IMG/VR virus record: IMGVR_UViG_3300031231_000003
Span: 1 to 64,000 of that record
Length of the DNA stretch: 64,000 bases
DNA from: a virus
Reading direction: 5' to 3' (one strand)
The translations under genes and the position numbers were made by a program. Shown in pieces: positions 1 to 8,427 of this stretch. Positions within the stretch are counted from its first letter, which is position 1, and each line of letters opens with the position of its first letter. Below the pieces are notes generated by a model, which saw only the letters and a list, made by a program, of their open reading frames with translations, was not told where the DNA came from and did not search any database.

Positions 1-41
1 AGTGTTTTTTTCCAATAATTAGTGATACGATGTCATCGTTA

Positions 42-113
42 GGTCCCATCGTCTAACGGTCAGGACGCTGGTTTTTCACACCGGTAATACGAGTTCAAAT
101 CTCGTTGGGATCA
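42..113 (+). tRNA. tRNA-Glu (anticodon TTC), CCA not encoded
   Basis: Acceptor stem GGTCCCA/TGGGATC, D-loop GG, anticodon stem CTGGT/ACCGG with loop TTTTCAC, T-arm ACGAG-TTCAAAT-CTCGT; followed by CTA rather than CCA. Confidence 0.92.
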
Positions 114-124
114 CTAAAATTTTT

Positions 125-1072
125 ATGAACTTTGATCTAGAATCTCGTACGATCCTGAAGGTGATTCACGGTTCGCAGTGCTACGGTTTAGCGACCCCAG
201 AATCGGACATCGATTTCAAAGGTGTCGCGATCGAACCTCTCAACCACCACTTCGGGTTCCTGCATCACTTCGAAAACCACGTTGAAGAAGCGTCGAAGGG
301 GGCACCGCACGACCTGGTGATCTACAGCTTAAAGAAGTTCTCAAAGCTCGCCGCGGACGGAAATCCCAGCATCATCGAGGTGCTTTTCGTCGAGAACAGT
401 GACATCGTCAAGATCGATTCGTTCGGTGAAGAGCTTCGTGCGTTTCGTCAGAACTTCGTCTCAAAGAAGATGCATCACACGTTCTCTGGATTCGCGCATT
501 CACAGTTGAAACGAATCAAGTCTCACAGGGGTTGGTTGCTAAATCCTCCCAAGAAGAAACCCGTACGATCAGACTTTGGTCTGTCAGAAGGTGTTGGAAT
601 CTCGAAATCCGAATTGGGAGCTTACGAAGCCTTGTCGAAATCGGGGAGGATGATTGATCTTTCGAAGGAAGCTCAAGTGATCTTCACTCGTGAACAAGCC
701 TACAAGACAAAGCTTCGAGAATGGTCACAGTACCAGGAGTGGTTGAGAAAACGCAATCCGAAACGAGCTGAGCTCGAAGCGAAGTTCGGGTACGATACGA
801 AGCACGCTTCACACGTTTTCAGGTTGATGAGAATGTGCGGGGAGATCCTTGAAACGGGAAATGTCAACGTCAAGAGATACCATGACCGCGAGGAACTCCT
901 CAGCATCAAGCAAGGTGCTCTATCATACGATGAGTTGATCTCCGTCGCAGAATCGCTTGAAAATCAATCGCAAGAAGCTTACGAAACATTGAACGTGATC
1001 CCACACTCGCCAGATTTAAAGAAGATTGATGAATTTGTCGTTGATCTGACAAGGCGATTCATAAAATTTTAA
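125..1072 (+). CDS. Pol-beta-superfamily nucleotidyltransferase (Nuc-transf/RlaP/YcgL-like)
   Basis: HGSQCYGLATPESDIDFKG (GS...DxD) motif; C-terminal GYDTKHASH-xxRL and ELLxIKxG motifs. Confidence 0.85.
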   Translation: MNFDLESRTILKVIHGSQCYGLATPESDIDFKGVAIEPLNHHFGFLHHFENHVEEASKGAPHDLVIYSLKKFSKLAADGNPSIIEVLFVENSDIVKIDSFGEELRAFRQNFVSKKMHHTFSGFAHSQLKRIKSHRGWLLNPPKKKPVRSDFGLSEGVGISKSELGAYEALSKSGRMIDLSKEAQVIFTREQAYKTKLREWSQYQEWLRKRNPKRAELEAKFGYDTKHASHVFRLMRMCGEILETGNVNVKRYHDREELLSIKQGALSYDELISVAESLENQSQEAYETLNVIPHSPDLKKIDEFVVDLTRRFIKF

Positions 1073-1080
1073 CTTCAACG

Positions 1081-1087
1081 ATAGTTA
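1081..1087 (+). promoter_or_regulatory. putative phage late promoter motif ATAGTTA
   Basis: 5 nt before the ATG at 1093; variants of the motif precede at least 8 other starts in the window. Confidence 0.5.
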
Positions 1088-1092
1088 GCAAG

Positions 1093-1365
1093 ATGAAGAT
1101 CACACTCAAGCAACTGAAACAAATCATCAAGGAAGAGATCACCCACTTGAACGAAGGCTGGAACAACGGAAAATGGGTGTCACCCGATGAGGAACAAACT
1201 AGTCAAGATGCACTGGCACGAAAGAACATCAAGTGTTGGGGTTGTGACACGGTGATGAAGGTTGGTGATCTTGTCAGCACTGGAAATTCGCACCTTCATG
1301 GAGGTGATCCAGGTAAATGTCCAAAGTGCGGCGATGTAGTGAGCATGCAAAACCGCCTAGATTAA
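1093..1365 (+). CDS. leader-family protein (MKITLKQLKQIIKEE) with zinc ribbon
   Basis: Shared N-terminal leader; CWGC...CPKC. Confidence 0.75.
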   Translation: MKITLKQLKQIIKEEITHLNEGWNNGKWVSPDEEQTSQDALARKNIKCWGCDTVMKVGDLVSTGNSHLHGGDPGKCPKCGDVVSMQNRLD

Positions 1366-1383
1366 CATATCGCGCCTTTAAAA

Positions 1384-1731
1384 ATGAAAATCGTTCCCGG
1401 TTCCATTGCACGAATGCACAACCTTTACAAACCAGAGGATGAGCTCGTGATGATCGTATCAATGGTTCCAAAATTATCGGGTGATCAGAGCTTCATTAAA
1501 ACAATTGATAGGATCCGTGATTGGCACGATGAAGGTCACATCACTTGCTTCGATGTGACGATCCATAGGATCGAGAGTGGAAAATTACGAAATTACATCG
1601 TCTTCAGAACCGAATTGAAGGAGACGATGATGAAAAGATCACAGCCCAGGAGCCAAGATTACAGATGGGCACACAGTTTTCACTCGTTAGATGAATCGTT
1701 CACGTTGAACCTCATTGACGACGTCGTGTAA
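1384..1731 (+). CDS. hypothetical protein
   Basis: 115-aa ORF in a co-oriented run. Confidence 0.55.
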   Translation: MKIVPGSIARMHNLYKPEDELVMIVSMVPKLSGDQSFIKTIDRIRDWHDEGHITCFDVTIHRIESGKLRNYIVFRTELKETMMKRSQPRSQDYRWAHSFHSLDESFTLNLIDDVV

Positions 1732-1980
1732 TTGAAGGTGTCAATTATTCAGGATCATGATACGATCTTGATAATGAACTTCAATCGCTACTGGATCTCC
1801 GACAAGTCTGGGATGGGTCGTGAGAAATGGGTCTACTTCGGCGGACAATTCGACTCACCATATGAAGCGTTTGAACACGTAAGGGATCGATACGAGAGTT
1901 GGGCTCAAGATCCCGATGACTATCGTTTTCGTATCGAATTGAACGTTGCGTTGCCGCCGGGAATGGATGTCAAATGTTAG
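1732..1980 (+). CDS. hypothetical protein (start uncertain)
   Basis: ORF abutting its neighbours. Confidence 0.5.
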   Translation: MKVSIIQDHDTILIMNFNRYWISDKSGMGREKWVYFGGQFDSPYEAFEHVRDRYESWAQDPDDYRFRIELNVALPPGMDVKC

Positions 1981-2201
1981 CATCGGTTTTCAAGGACGCC
2001 ATTCCCGGCGAGTTCCTCGCTTGGAAGAACGGTGCTATCAAACCTGATCTTCTGACGATAGCCGTTCACGGTGAGTACACGTGGTACCTGAAGAACGGTT
2101 TTTTGATCAAAACTGTCATGTCTGACGACGGCCAAAGGATAATCAAGGCTTGTATTACGGCGGATATCATCGTCCATAAAATTTTAGCTTCTACGAACTG
2201 A
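1974..2201 (+). CDS. small hypothetical protein (FxDxxPG-type N-terminus)
   Basis: VFKDAIPGEFL resembles other small ORFs in the window. Confidence 0.5.
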   Translation: MLASVFKDAIPGEFLAWKNGAIKPDLLTIAVHGEYTWYLKNGFLIKTVMSDDGQRIIKACITADIIVHKILASTN

Positions 2202-2232
2202 GCGTGGTCGAATAACATGAAAATCATCTACA
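2186..2232 (+). repeat. 47-bp direct repeat, copy 1
   Basis: AGCTTCTACGAACTGAGCGTGGTCGAATAACATGAAAATCATCTACA; 46/47 identical to 2796-2842. Confidence 0.95.
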
Positions 2233-2825
2233 TCATCAAGAACGTTGGCGGAGAGTACGATGACAGAACCGAACGATCACTCTGTGCGGTCACGACGAAG
2301 GAAAAGGCTGAGATCCTCGTCGGACAATTCAGCGATCTGAACGCTTTCAACTGCGCATTCAACGAACGCATTCACAACGAATTCCTGCCAGCGTGGAAGG
2401 AAAAGAATCCCCCGCAGGGAGATCGACCAGTGAGACCGAGACCTCCCGAGGGTTTTCACGACCTGCAATTGAAGATCACGGAAAAGAAATCTGAGATCAG
2501 CTTCTTGGACAATACAATTGATTCAATTTCAATAACACTTCGAGAAACGAAGACGAAGGAACTTGAGAATCTCAAGAAATCATTCGCGGTTCTTCAAGAT
2601 CAGCACCATGAAAGTCTCGTTACCTTCAAAGAAGCAGAGACAGAATGGTATTCCTTGAACGATGCGTACAACGAACGAATGAGAACGGATCAAGGACGAT
2701 GGTTCATTGCGAACTACAGCATACCGGGACACATGACCAAGGTCGCTGAGATCGCGGCGGAACAACAACATTTGGCGTATCCTGAGAACGAGTACAGCTT
2801 CTACAAACTGAGCGTGGTCGAATAA
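2217..2825 (+). CDS. hypothetical protein with coiled-coil segment, flanked by direct repeats
   Basis: 202-aa ORF. Confidence 0.7.
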   Translation: MKIIYIIKNVGGEYDDRTERSLCAVTTKEKAEILVGQFSDLNAFNCAFNERIHNEFLPAWKEKNPPQGDRPVRPRPPEGFHDLQLKITEKKSEISFLDNTIDSISITLRETKTKELENLKKSFAVLQDQHHESLVTFKEAETEWYSLNDAYNERMRTDQGRWFIANYSIPGHMTKVAEIAAEQQHLAYPENEYSFYKLSVVE

Positions 2826-2842
2826 CATGAAAATCATCTACA
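2796..2842 (+). repeat. 47-bp direct repeat, copy 2
   Basis: AGCTTCTACAAACTGAGCGTGGTCGAATAACATGAAAATCATCTACA. Confidence 0.95.
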
Positions 2843-3423
2843 ATGAAAATCCACTTCGAACCGTCGTCGAGCTTGACGAGAACGATCGTAGGATCCTTTG
2901 GTTCAAGATAAAGGTCGAAGAGCTTCAGAACAAGCTGTTCGACGTCCACTTCAACCTCACCGAAGGGGAATACTTCAACCTTGAACGTGCTAGGAAGGAT
3001 GCCGATCCCGTAGCGTACCTCCAAGAGGTTGATCAAGAAAAGACGGCGATCGATGAACGTGTTGACATGCTGCTCGAACATTACGTTCAGGAACTTTCAG
3101 GTGTCCACGTTGGTGATTGCACGTGTCAACCATGTTCATGCTCGAAGTGCCGAGCAGAGGAGATCCTGGGAATCAATACCTTGGGCTCGTCACCGGGAAA
3201 CCATGAACTCGCTAAGATCGACAGCGCGTTCTCGAAGGATCGCTCGTTGAGCGAAGCACTTTCGTACCTGAAGGATCATAAGATCTCTCGTGAGAAGCCG
3301 GAATCATGGAAGAGCTTCACACAAGAAGATTACGAGAGTCACATCCCCCGGTGGGAGAGCGAACAAGCGAGGGCGTACGAGTACCTCCGAGATTACGCGA
3401 ACGAGAGATTGAACGTTAAGTGA
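2827..3423 (+). CDS. hypothetical protein with Cys cluster
   Basis: HVGDCTCQPCSCSKC, a possible metal-binding motif. Confidence 0.7.
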   Translation: MKIIYNENPLRTVVELDENDRRILWFKIKVEELQNKLFDVHFNLTEGEYFNLERARKDADPVAYLQEVDQEKTAIDERVDMLLEHYVQELSGVHVGDCTCQPCSCSKCRAEEILGINTLGSSPGNHELAKIDSAFSKDRSLSEALSYLKDHKISREKPESWKSFTQEDYESHIPRWESEQARAYEYLRDYANERLNVK

Positions 3424-3426
3424 TGA

Positions 3427-4038
3427 TTAGGTTCCGTAACTCTTGTAACCATCACTTTTTCGTGATGCTTTTGCAATCTTCTTGATGTTTTCTATCATTC
3501 GATCACACACATCCGTCCAAGGAATCTTTGATCGTTCTTGACCTTTACCCGTGAACTTATAATTGAATTCTCGGGCATCAAAACCCCTTTCTCCGCAACT
3601 TCCATCAACGTAAACCTTGAAGATGATCGTGTCATTGAATGCATCTGCTAGAATGCTGACTCGACGACCTCGTGATGCTACGTTGTGGGCGATCTCATTG
3701 ATCGAGGGGGTGATGTCGTTCATGCGCTTCTTGCCCATCCTTTGACCGAATTGCTTTATGATCTCGTACTTGATCAGCTCCCGTTCTTCGGGAGGAGGTG
3801 AAGAAGAAATTGAAGGATCGTGACTTCCTTTATTGAGCAACATGTCACGTGCAACGTTGAGATCCTTCATCACTTGCAATGCACCGGGATCTCTGTTGCG
3901 ATCAGGATGCATTTCCTTCGCTTTGATCCTGTACGCAACCTTGATATCGTCATCCGTTGCATCGCGAGGAATACCGAGGACGGCATAGGGATCGATCATC
4001 TCCCGAATCAAGGCACGTAAAAGAGCTTCAGCATTCAT
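3427..4038 (-). CDS. J-domain (DnaJ-like) protein with short LLRALIRE leader
   Basis: DPYAVLGI...IKVAYR...MHPDRN (HPD motif); start moved to 4038 because ATACTTA lies 6 nt upstream. Confidence 0.85.
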   Translation of the reverse strand: MNAEALLRALIREMIDPYAVLGIPRDATDDDIKVAYRIKAKEMHPDRNRDPGALQVMKDLNVARDMLLNKGSHDPSISSSPPPEERELIKYEIIKQFGQRMGKKRMNDITPSINEIAHNVASRGRRVSILADAFNDTIIFKVYVDGSCGERGFDAREFNYKFTGKGQERSKIPWTDVCDRMIENIKKIAKASRKSDGYKSYGT

Positions 4039-4114
4039 TTGTTCTAAGTATGACATCATTGTTGATCAGTGCTACCCCTTAGGTACATCATCTTTCTTAG
4101 AAACTTTCTCCACT

Positions 4115-4684
4115 TTATCTTTTTTCTTTAACTAATTGAACATCGTTATGAATTTTTAAATGTTGTTCAATAAATGAATACAATGTATTACACGATATAG
4201 TAAACCCGCCATCATCGAATTGGTTTTGAATTTCAATATCTGAGGCAAAAGATTCTTTCGATCTCTCAGCATCAATAACTTCACGTGCAGAAGACCTACT
4301 ATGATATCCATTTCCAGATGGGATAATCTTTACTACGAGTACCGTGAAACCTTTATTGCGGAAATTTTTAACACCCTCTTCAACTAAAGGTCGGATGGCA
4401 CATTTTCCATTGTTGAAGATTGCTTCAACATCACTTCGAATATCACCATATAATTGCCCATTATATGGAATCCATTGAACTAGTGCATCTGATGCAATTA
4501 GATTTTCAAACTCTTCTTTTGAGATGAAACGATTTGCCGAATCATCTTCAGCGTTTCGTTTGGGTCGAGTGGTAACTGAACTCATTACCTTTAAATGATT
4601 AGGGAATCGTCGTACCATCTCATCAACTAGTGCGCTTTTACCCGAACCACTAGGACCAATAATTGCAAAAATCAAACCTGACAT
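4115..4684 (-). CDS. gmk: guanylate kinase-like protein
   Basis: GPSGSGKS P-loop, SVTTRPKR, FISKEEF, YNGQLYG. Confidence 0.85.
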   Translation of the reverse strand: MSGLIFAIIGPSGSGKSALVDEMVRRFPNHLKVMSSVTTRPKRNAEDDSANRFISKEEFENLIASDALVQWIPYNGQLYGDIRSDVEAIFNNGKCAIRPLVEEGVKNFRNKGFTVLVVKIIPSGNGYHSRSSAREVIDAERSKESFASDIEIQNQFDDGGFTISCNTLYSFIEQHLKIHNDVQLVKEKR

Positions 4685-5014
4685 TTGTATTTACTTTCTT
4701 AATTTACAAGCGATGCTAGAAACAGCGCTGCATATATCATTTTATTACTTTAATATCCGCTTCTACAAGCGAAACAGCATATGGATAGAACTCCAAACAT
4801 TTTATACAGTCACAACCATTACTGGGTGCGCACACGGGGTCGGCTGCCGCGGAAGCTACCGATATCAGCACGTTGCTTCATGATCTTCCCGTCGTGGAGG
4901 TAAAACGCATGATGGTGGGGTTCGCCATGAGCCTGAAAGAAGTTGCCGGGGAGAAGAGGGGTCACGGACGATAACTTCGAATTCCATACTTTGTTTGAAG
5001 ATTTTTTGTAGGAT

Positions 5015-5653
5015 TCATGATCCCCTGCACGTTTTGCATCGATTTTTTAGAGGATTCAGAAATTCGCTCCATTCTGGAAATGATAGTTTCACGATTTCAA
5101 ACTCTGTAGTAACATTGTTCCCTATAAAAATTTCAAATTTCAAATTCAATACAACAATGCGATAATGATGAAATCCTTCTTTCTTAGAAACCAAATAAGC
5201 TGGTATTAGGAAACCTTGATTTGCGTCAAATGATCCAAAGCCCGTATGTACTACAACTCCTTTTGGGGGATTCAAATTCAGCAAATATGAACGAATTTCC
5301 TCACCATACTTACCCAAGTTGATTTTGGATTTTGATTGAGATTGATTCGCATCTCTCCATAAAAGCGAAAGGGCAAAATATTTAAAATCATCAATGTTAG
5401 ATTCATGAATCTTGTATTCACGCGCTCCCAACAATTTTTGAACGATAGTTTCTTTTAGTCCAAAACGATGTTCGCAACCTTTACACAACATTGGTTCTTT
5501 TAGTTGTTTATGTACTTGAACCGCACAATGTTGTGTAACCTTGACAGGTGCCGATTTATCACGAGGATCTCGTAAAAACTTATAGATGAATTTTGAATAA
5601 ATGTGACTAAGTTGAAGCTCATCTTCATGTAAACACAATTTGCAAACCTGCAT
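5015..5653 (-). CDS. HNH-like zinc-finger protein
   Basis: CKLC...SHIYSK...MLCKGCE pattern; AT-rich. Confidence 0.55.
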   Translation of the reverse strand: MQVCKLCLHEDELQLSHIYSKFIYKFLRDPRDKSAPVKVTQHCAVQVHKQLKEPMLCKGCEHRFGLKETIVQKLLGAREYKIHESNIDDFKYFALSLLWRDANQSQSKSKINLGKYGEEIRSYLLNLNPPKGVVVHTGFGSFDANQGFLIPAYLVSKKEGFHHYRIVVLNLKFEIFIGNNVTTEFEIVKLSFPEWSEFLNPLKNRCKTCRGS

Positions 5654-5739
5654 AAATAATCTTACATCTTTTCAACACATCGTAATCTCTCAAGTGGTTC
5701 GAGAAGTCTTTTCGAACATCTTCTTAGGTTTCCACCACA

Positions 5740-6486
5740 TCAGGATGATGATTCATCTGAGTGTCGTTTCGGACATGTTGACTTGTAATGTCCCGTTTCG
5801 CCGCAACTACCGCACTTCTTGGGATTGCTGACGGAATTCTTCTTCCCCTTACGAGAAGCAGCGGCCTTGAGTTGATTTGCGCGCATTTGTTCGATCGTGG
5901 GCTTCTTACGATTTGGATTTTGAAAATGTTTTTTCCAACGTTCACTCATCATCGTAAATTTTTCTTCGGGGGATCGTTTTGCCCAAACGGCGCGCTGAAT
6001 GTCGCCGCCCGTGAATGGAGAATTTTTACACGCATCTTCGGTCCATCGTCTTTGTGAACCGATCTTCATTTGATCAATCATGTATTTGCGATCATCTTCG
6101 GTCATATTGTTCCAACGATCACCGTTTTGCCACGCATGACGACCTTCAGCAATCAATTTCTGTGAATTTCGACTTGCAGTTTCAGAATCAAATCCCTCAC
6201 CACCTTTGGTTAGGTTATAACCACCAGGATGACGTGAATTGAGTTCCTCGATCAATTCAGATTCACGAGTACCAGCGTCGTTTCGATTGTCATATTCCTC
6301 TTCGAGGATCTGAATTGAAAAGTTTTCTTGACCATGTTTACGAATCGCTAAACCGATCTTGTACTTCGAGTCGCAGTGAGCGATGAATCGTTTCTCAGGA
6401 TTGTTGCTGAATCCTACGTACTGTTTCCCGTTCACTTTGTTCGTCAAGATGTAGATCTTGATCTTCTTCTTTTCTTGTTGTGTCAT
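5740..6486 (-). CDS. GIY-YIG homing endonuclease with C-terminal zinc knuckle
   Basis: KIYILTNKVNGKQYVG...R...E...GYN; C-terminal CGSCGETGHYKSTC. Confidence 0.85.
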   Translation of the reverse strand: MTQQEKKKIKIYILTNKVNGKQYVGFSNNPEKRFIAHCDSKYKIGLAIRKHGQENFSIQILEEEYDNRNDAGTRESELIEELNSRHPGGYNLTKGGEGFDSETASRNSQKLIAEGRHAWQNGDRWNNMTEDDRKYMIDQMKIGSQRRWTEDACKNSPFTGGDIQRAVWAKRSPEEKFTMMSERWKKHFQNPNRKKPTIEQMRANQLKAAASRKGKKNSVSNPKKCGSCGETGHYKSTCPKRHSDESSS

Positions 6487-6513
6487 GTTGTTCGTATTGT
6501 GTTAGAAAGAACA

Positions 6514-6594
6514 TCGGCAGAGCGTTAACTCTGCCGAGAAAGGAGATTTGTATGCAATTACAAATCATTCACGTATTGACTTACGTGAATGATT
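6514..6594. other. three closely spaced perfect hairpins
   Basis: TCGGCAGAG/CTCTGCCGA (6514-6537), GATTTGTA/TACAAATC (6545-6566), AATCATTCACGTA/TACGTGAATGATT (6563-6594); all have 6-nt loops. Confidence 0.8.
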
Positions 6595-6630
6595 CTCTTG
6601 ATCCAGTGAAGATCTAGAAACCTCATCCAA

Positions 6631-6670
6631 GGAGACGTGACTCGTTACAAGCGGGTTACGTCTCTTTTTT
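6631..6670 (+). terminator. intrinsic terminator
   Basis: GAGACGTGACTCG...CGGGTTACGTCTC stem (G-U pairs favour the + strand) followed by a T run. Confidence 0.7.
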
Positions 6671-6747
6671 ATATGTATCACAAAATACTTTCGAGTACAA
6701 AATTTCTTTTAAGTGAGTCATAACTGGCTTGCTGAGTCATTACTCCT

Positions 6748-7488
6748 TTAAAAGAAGAACTCAGCGTCGTTATCCCCTTTTAGTTTCTTGTACTGCCGCT
6801 TCACGCTTTGCAAAGCCGTCGTAAGTTGCTTCGATGTGAGTCCAGATAACTCTCTTAGGTAGAGCATGACAGCTGATTTGTTACAAAGATCCAACTGATC
6901 GATTGATTCGAACACAGTAATGATCGAGTTTACACAGACTAGCTCGTTCTCCGATTTGACCTTTGAACGAACTTCGTAGAGGACATCTATGATGTTATTT
7001 GCCACCATTGCATTCTCTAAAAGCACCTCTTGAGACGGGACAATACATTGATCCTCAATCATTGATGAGTCATTGCTCGACATTGACTCGGGATCGTCTA
7101 AAGAGACGGATCTTTTCGTCATTTGAGCTTTTTTCTTCGTCTTGATTATTAGATAGTTTTTGGAAACCACGTTATAGTACGAGAAAGCTGCAGTTCCCCT
7201 CGAAACATCGTACTTCATCAAGGTATCAAACAGGAAGCTCACGCAGTCGTTCTTCAAATCATCAAACGAATCGTACATAGACGAGAACTTGTGTATGTTC
7301 AGCAAATTCTCCACCAGCTTGGTGAAAGCGGGTTCAATATCTTTCGTGTAGATCCTATTCCGTTCCTCAGTATCCTGGCAATTCTGGTAGTCGACGATGG
7401 CAGCTTGCGTCCCCGCGTGGAAGTACATCCTTAGCGGGTTGGGCGTCTTGCTCCTTTTCTTACGGGGTTTGCGTGATGTCATTATCAT
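6748..7488 (-). CDS. phage RNA polymerase sigma factor-like protein (gp55-like late sigma candidate)
   Basis: DDLKNDCVSFL...KYDVSRGTAAFSYY resembles sigma region 2 (F/YDPxKG-xAFSY). Confidence 0.7.
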   Translation of the reverse strand: MIMTSRKPRKKRSKTPNPLRMYFHAGTQAAIVDYQNCQDTEERNRIYTKDIEPAFTKLVENLLNIHKFSSMYDSFDDLKNDCVSFLFDTLMKYDVSRGTAAFSYYNVVSKNYLIIKTKKKAQMTKRSVSLDDPESMSSNDSSMIEDQCIVPSQEVLLENAMVANNIIDVLYEVRSKVKSENELVCVNSIITVFESIDQLDLCNKSAVMLYLRELSGLTSKQLTTALQSVKRQYKKLKGDNDAEFFF

Positions 7489-7554
7489 GTAGATAAATCT
7501 ACAACAAATTTAGATTTTTGCTCTTTTCACCGCTATGCGAGGATACGTATCCGA

Positions 7555-7734
7555 ATGAAGATCACGCTAAAGCAACTGAAACGAGTCATTAAGGAAGAGA
7601 TTACGCGATTGACCCTTCTCAAGGAAGCAAATTGTCCTGAATGCGGTACCGATGTTAAACCTCAAGGTAAAAGCAGCGATGGACACGGTGAATCTTTTAC
7701 GTGTCCAACCTGTGATCATGGATGGGAAACATAA
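7555..7734 (+). CDS. 59-aa leader-family zinc-ribbon protein (not in ORF track)
   Basis: MKITLKQLKRVIKEEITRLTLLKEANCPECGTDVKPQGKSSDGHGESFTCPTCDHGWET*; ATACGTA 5 nt upstream. Confidence 0.8.
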   Translation: MKITLKQLKRVIKEEITRLTLLKEANCPECGTDVKPQGKSSDGHGESFTCPTCDHGWET

Positions 7735-7735
7735 T

Positions 7736-8182
7736 ATGAAGATCACGCTAAAGCAACTGAAACGAGTCATCAAGGAAGAGGTTCAACGAATCAACGAGAG
7801 CTTTGGACGAGCTCAAGTAGCAACTCAACCTCAACCGCGTCATCTAACATTCGATCAATTGGGTGATGAATTTCCCAGTGCCGCCCAAGAATGGCAAACA
7901 CTTGCTGCGAACACGCTTGACGATGAAGACGAGGTCATTCAAGATCTCATCGACAATTCCTACTTTAGCGTTACCAATGATGGAAAAATAACCGCGGACG
8001 GAATCGAACCAGGGACAAAGTACGTTTGGAACGATCTTGGTCTTGTTTGGGACGACATGGACGGTGATGGTTCAGAGTCCGACGGAGAGTGCGAAATCTG
8101 TGGTGATCCTTGTCCGGTTGACTGGAATTTATGCGGTGATGATGAATGCTTGAATGATGAAGAGGAAGAAGGGGGATTTTGA
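7736..8182 (+). CDS. leader-family acidic protein with C-terminal Cys cluster
   Basis: True start is MKITLKQLKRVIKEE at 7736; CEICGDPC...CGDDEC. Confidence 0.8.
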   Translation: MKITLKQLKRVIKEEVQRINESFGRAQVATQPQPRHLTFDQLGDEFPSAAQEWQTLAANTLDDEDEVIQDLIDNSYFSVTNDGKITADGIEPGTKYVWNDLGLVWDDMDGDGSESDGECEICGDPCPVDWNLCGDDECLNDEEEEGGF

Positions 8183-8427
8183 AAATCTCTCTTTCCCAAC
8201 TCAGATCACTCATCAAGGAGGAGATCGAGAAACGTCGTGATAGCGTGAACATCAACAGGAAATGGGACATGATGCCCGCTCAGAACAAACGACGTCGAGT
8301 GGGAGTTCAATGTCAGCATCGCATTGTCCTTCATGTGACACAGAATTCAACGAAAGAGAAAGTAAATGAAGATCACCCTACGACAGCTCAGAAACATCAT
8401 CAACGAAGAGGTCAAACGCCTCTCTGA
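8179..8427 (+). CDS. leader-family protein (possibly frameshifted; alternative end at 8369)
   Basis: MKISLSQLRSLIKEE; another frame encodes ...SHCPSCDTEFNERESK* whose TGA overlaps the next ATG. Confidence 0.6.
   Translation: MKISLSQLRSLIKEEIEKRRDSVNINRKWDMMPAQNKRRRVGVQCQHRIVLHVTQNSTKEKVNEDHPTTAQKHHQRRGQTPL

Noticed and set aside
4820-4990. GC-rich patch as a possible ncRNA or tRNA
   Set aside because: No cloverleaf or convincing stems; it looks like a short gene remnant on the - strand
7652-7735. N-terminal extension of ORF 7652-8182
   Set aside because: It overlaps the 59-aa leader gene at 7555-7734; the real start is the leader Met at 7736
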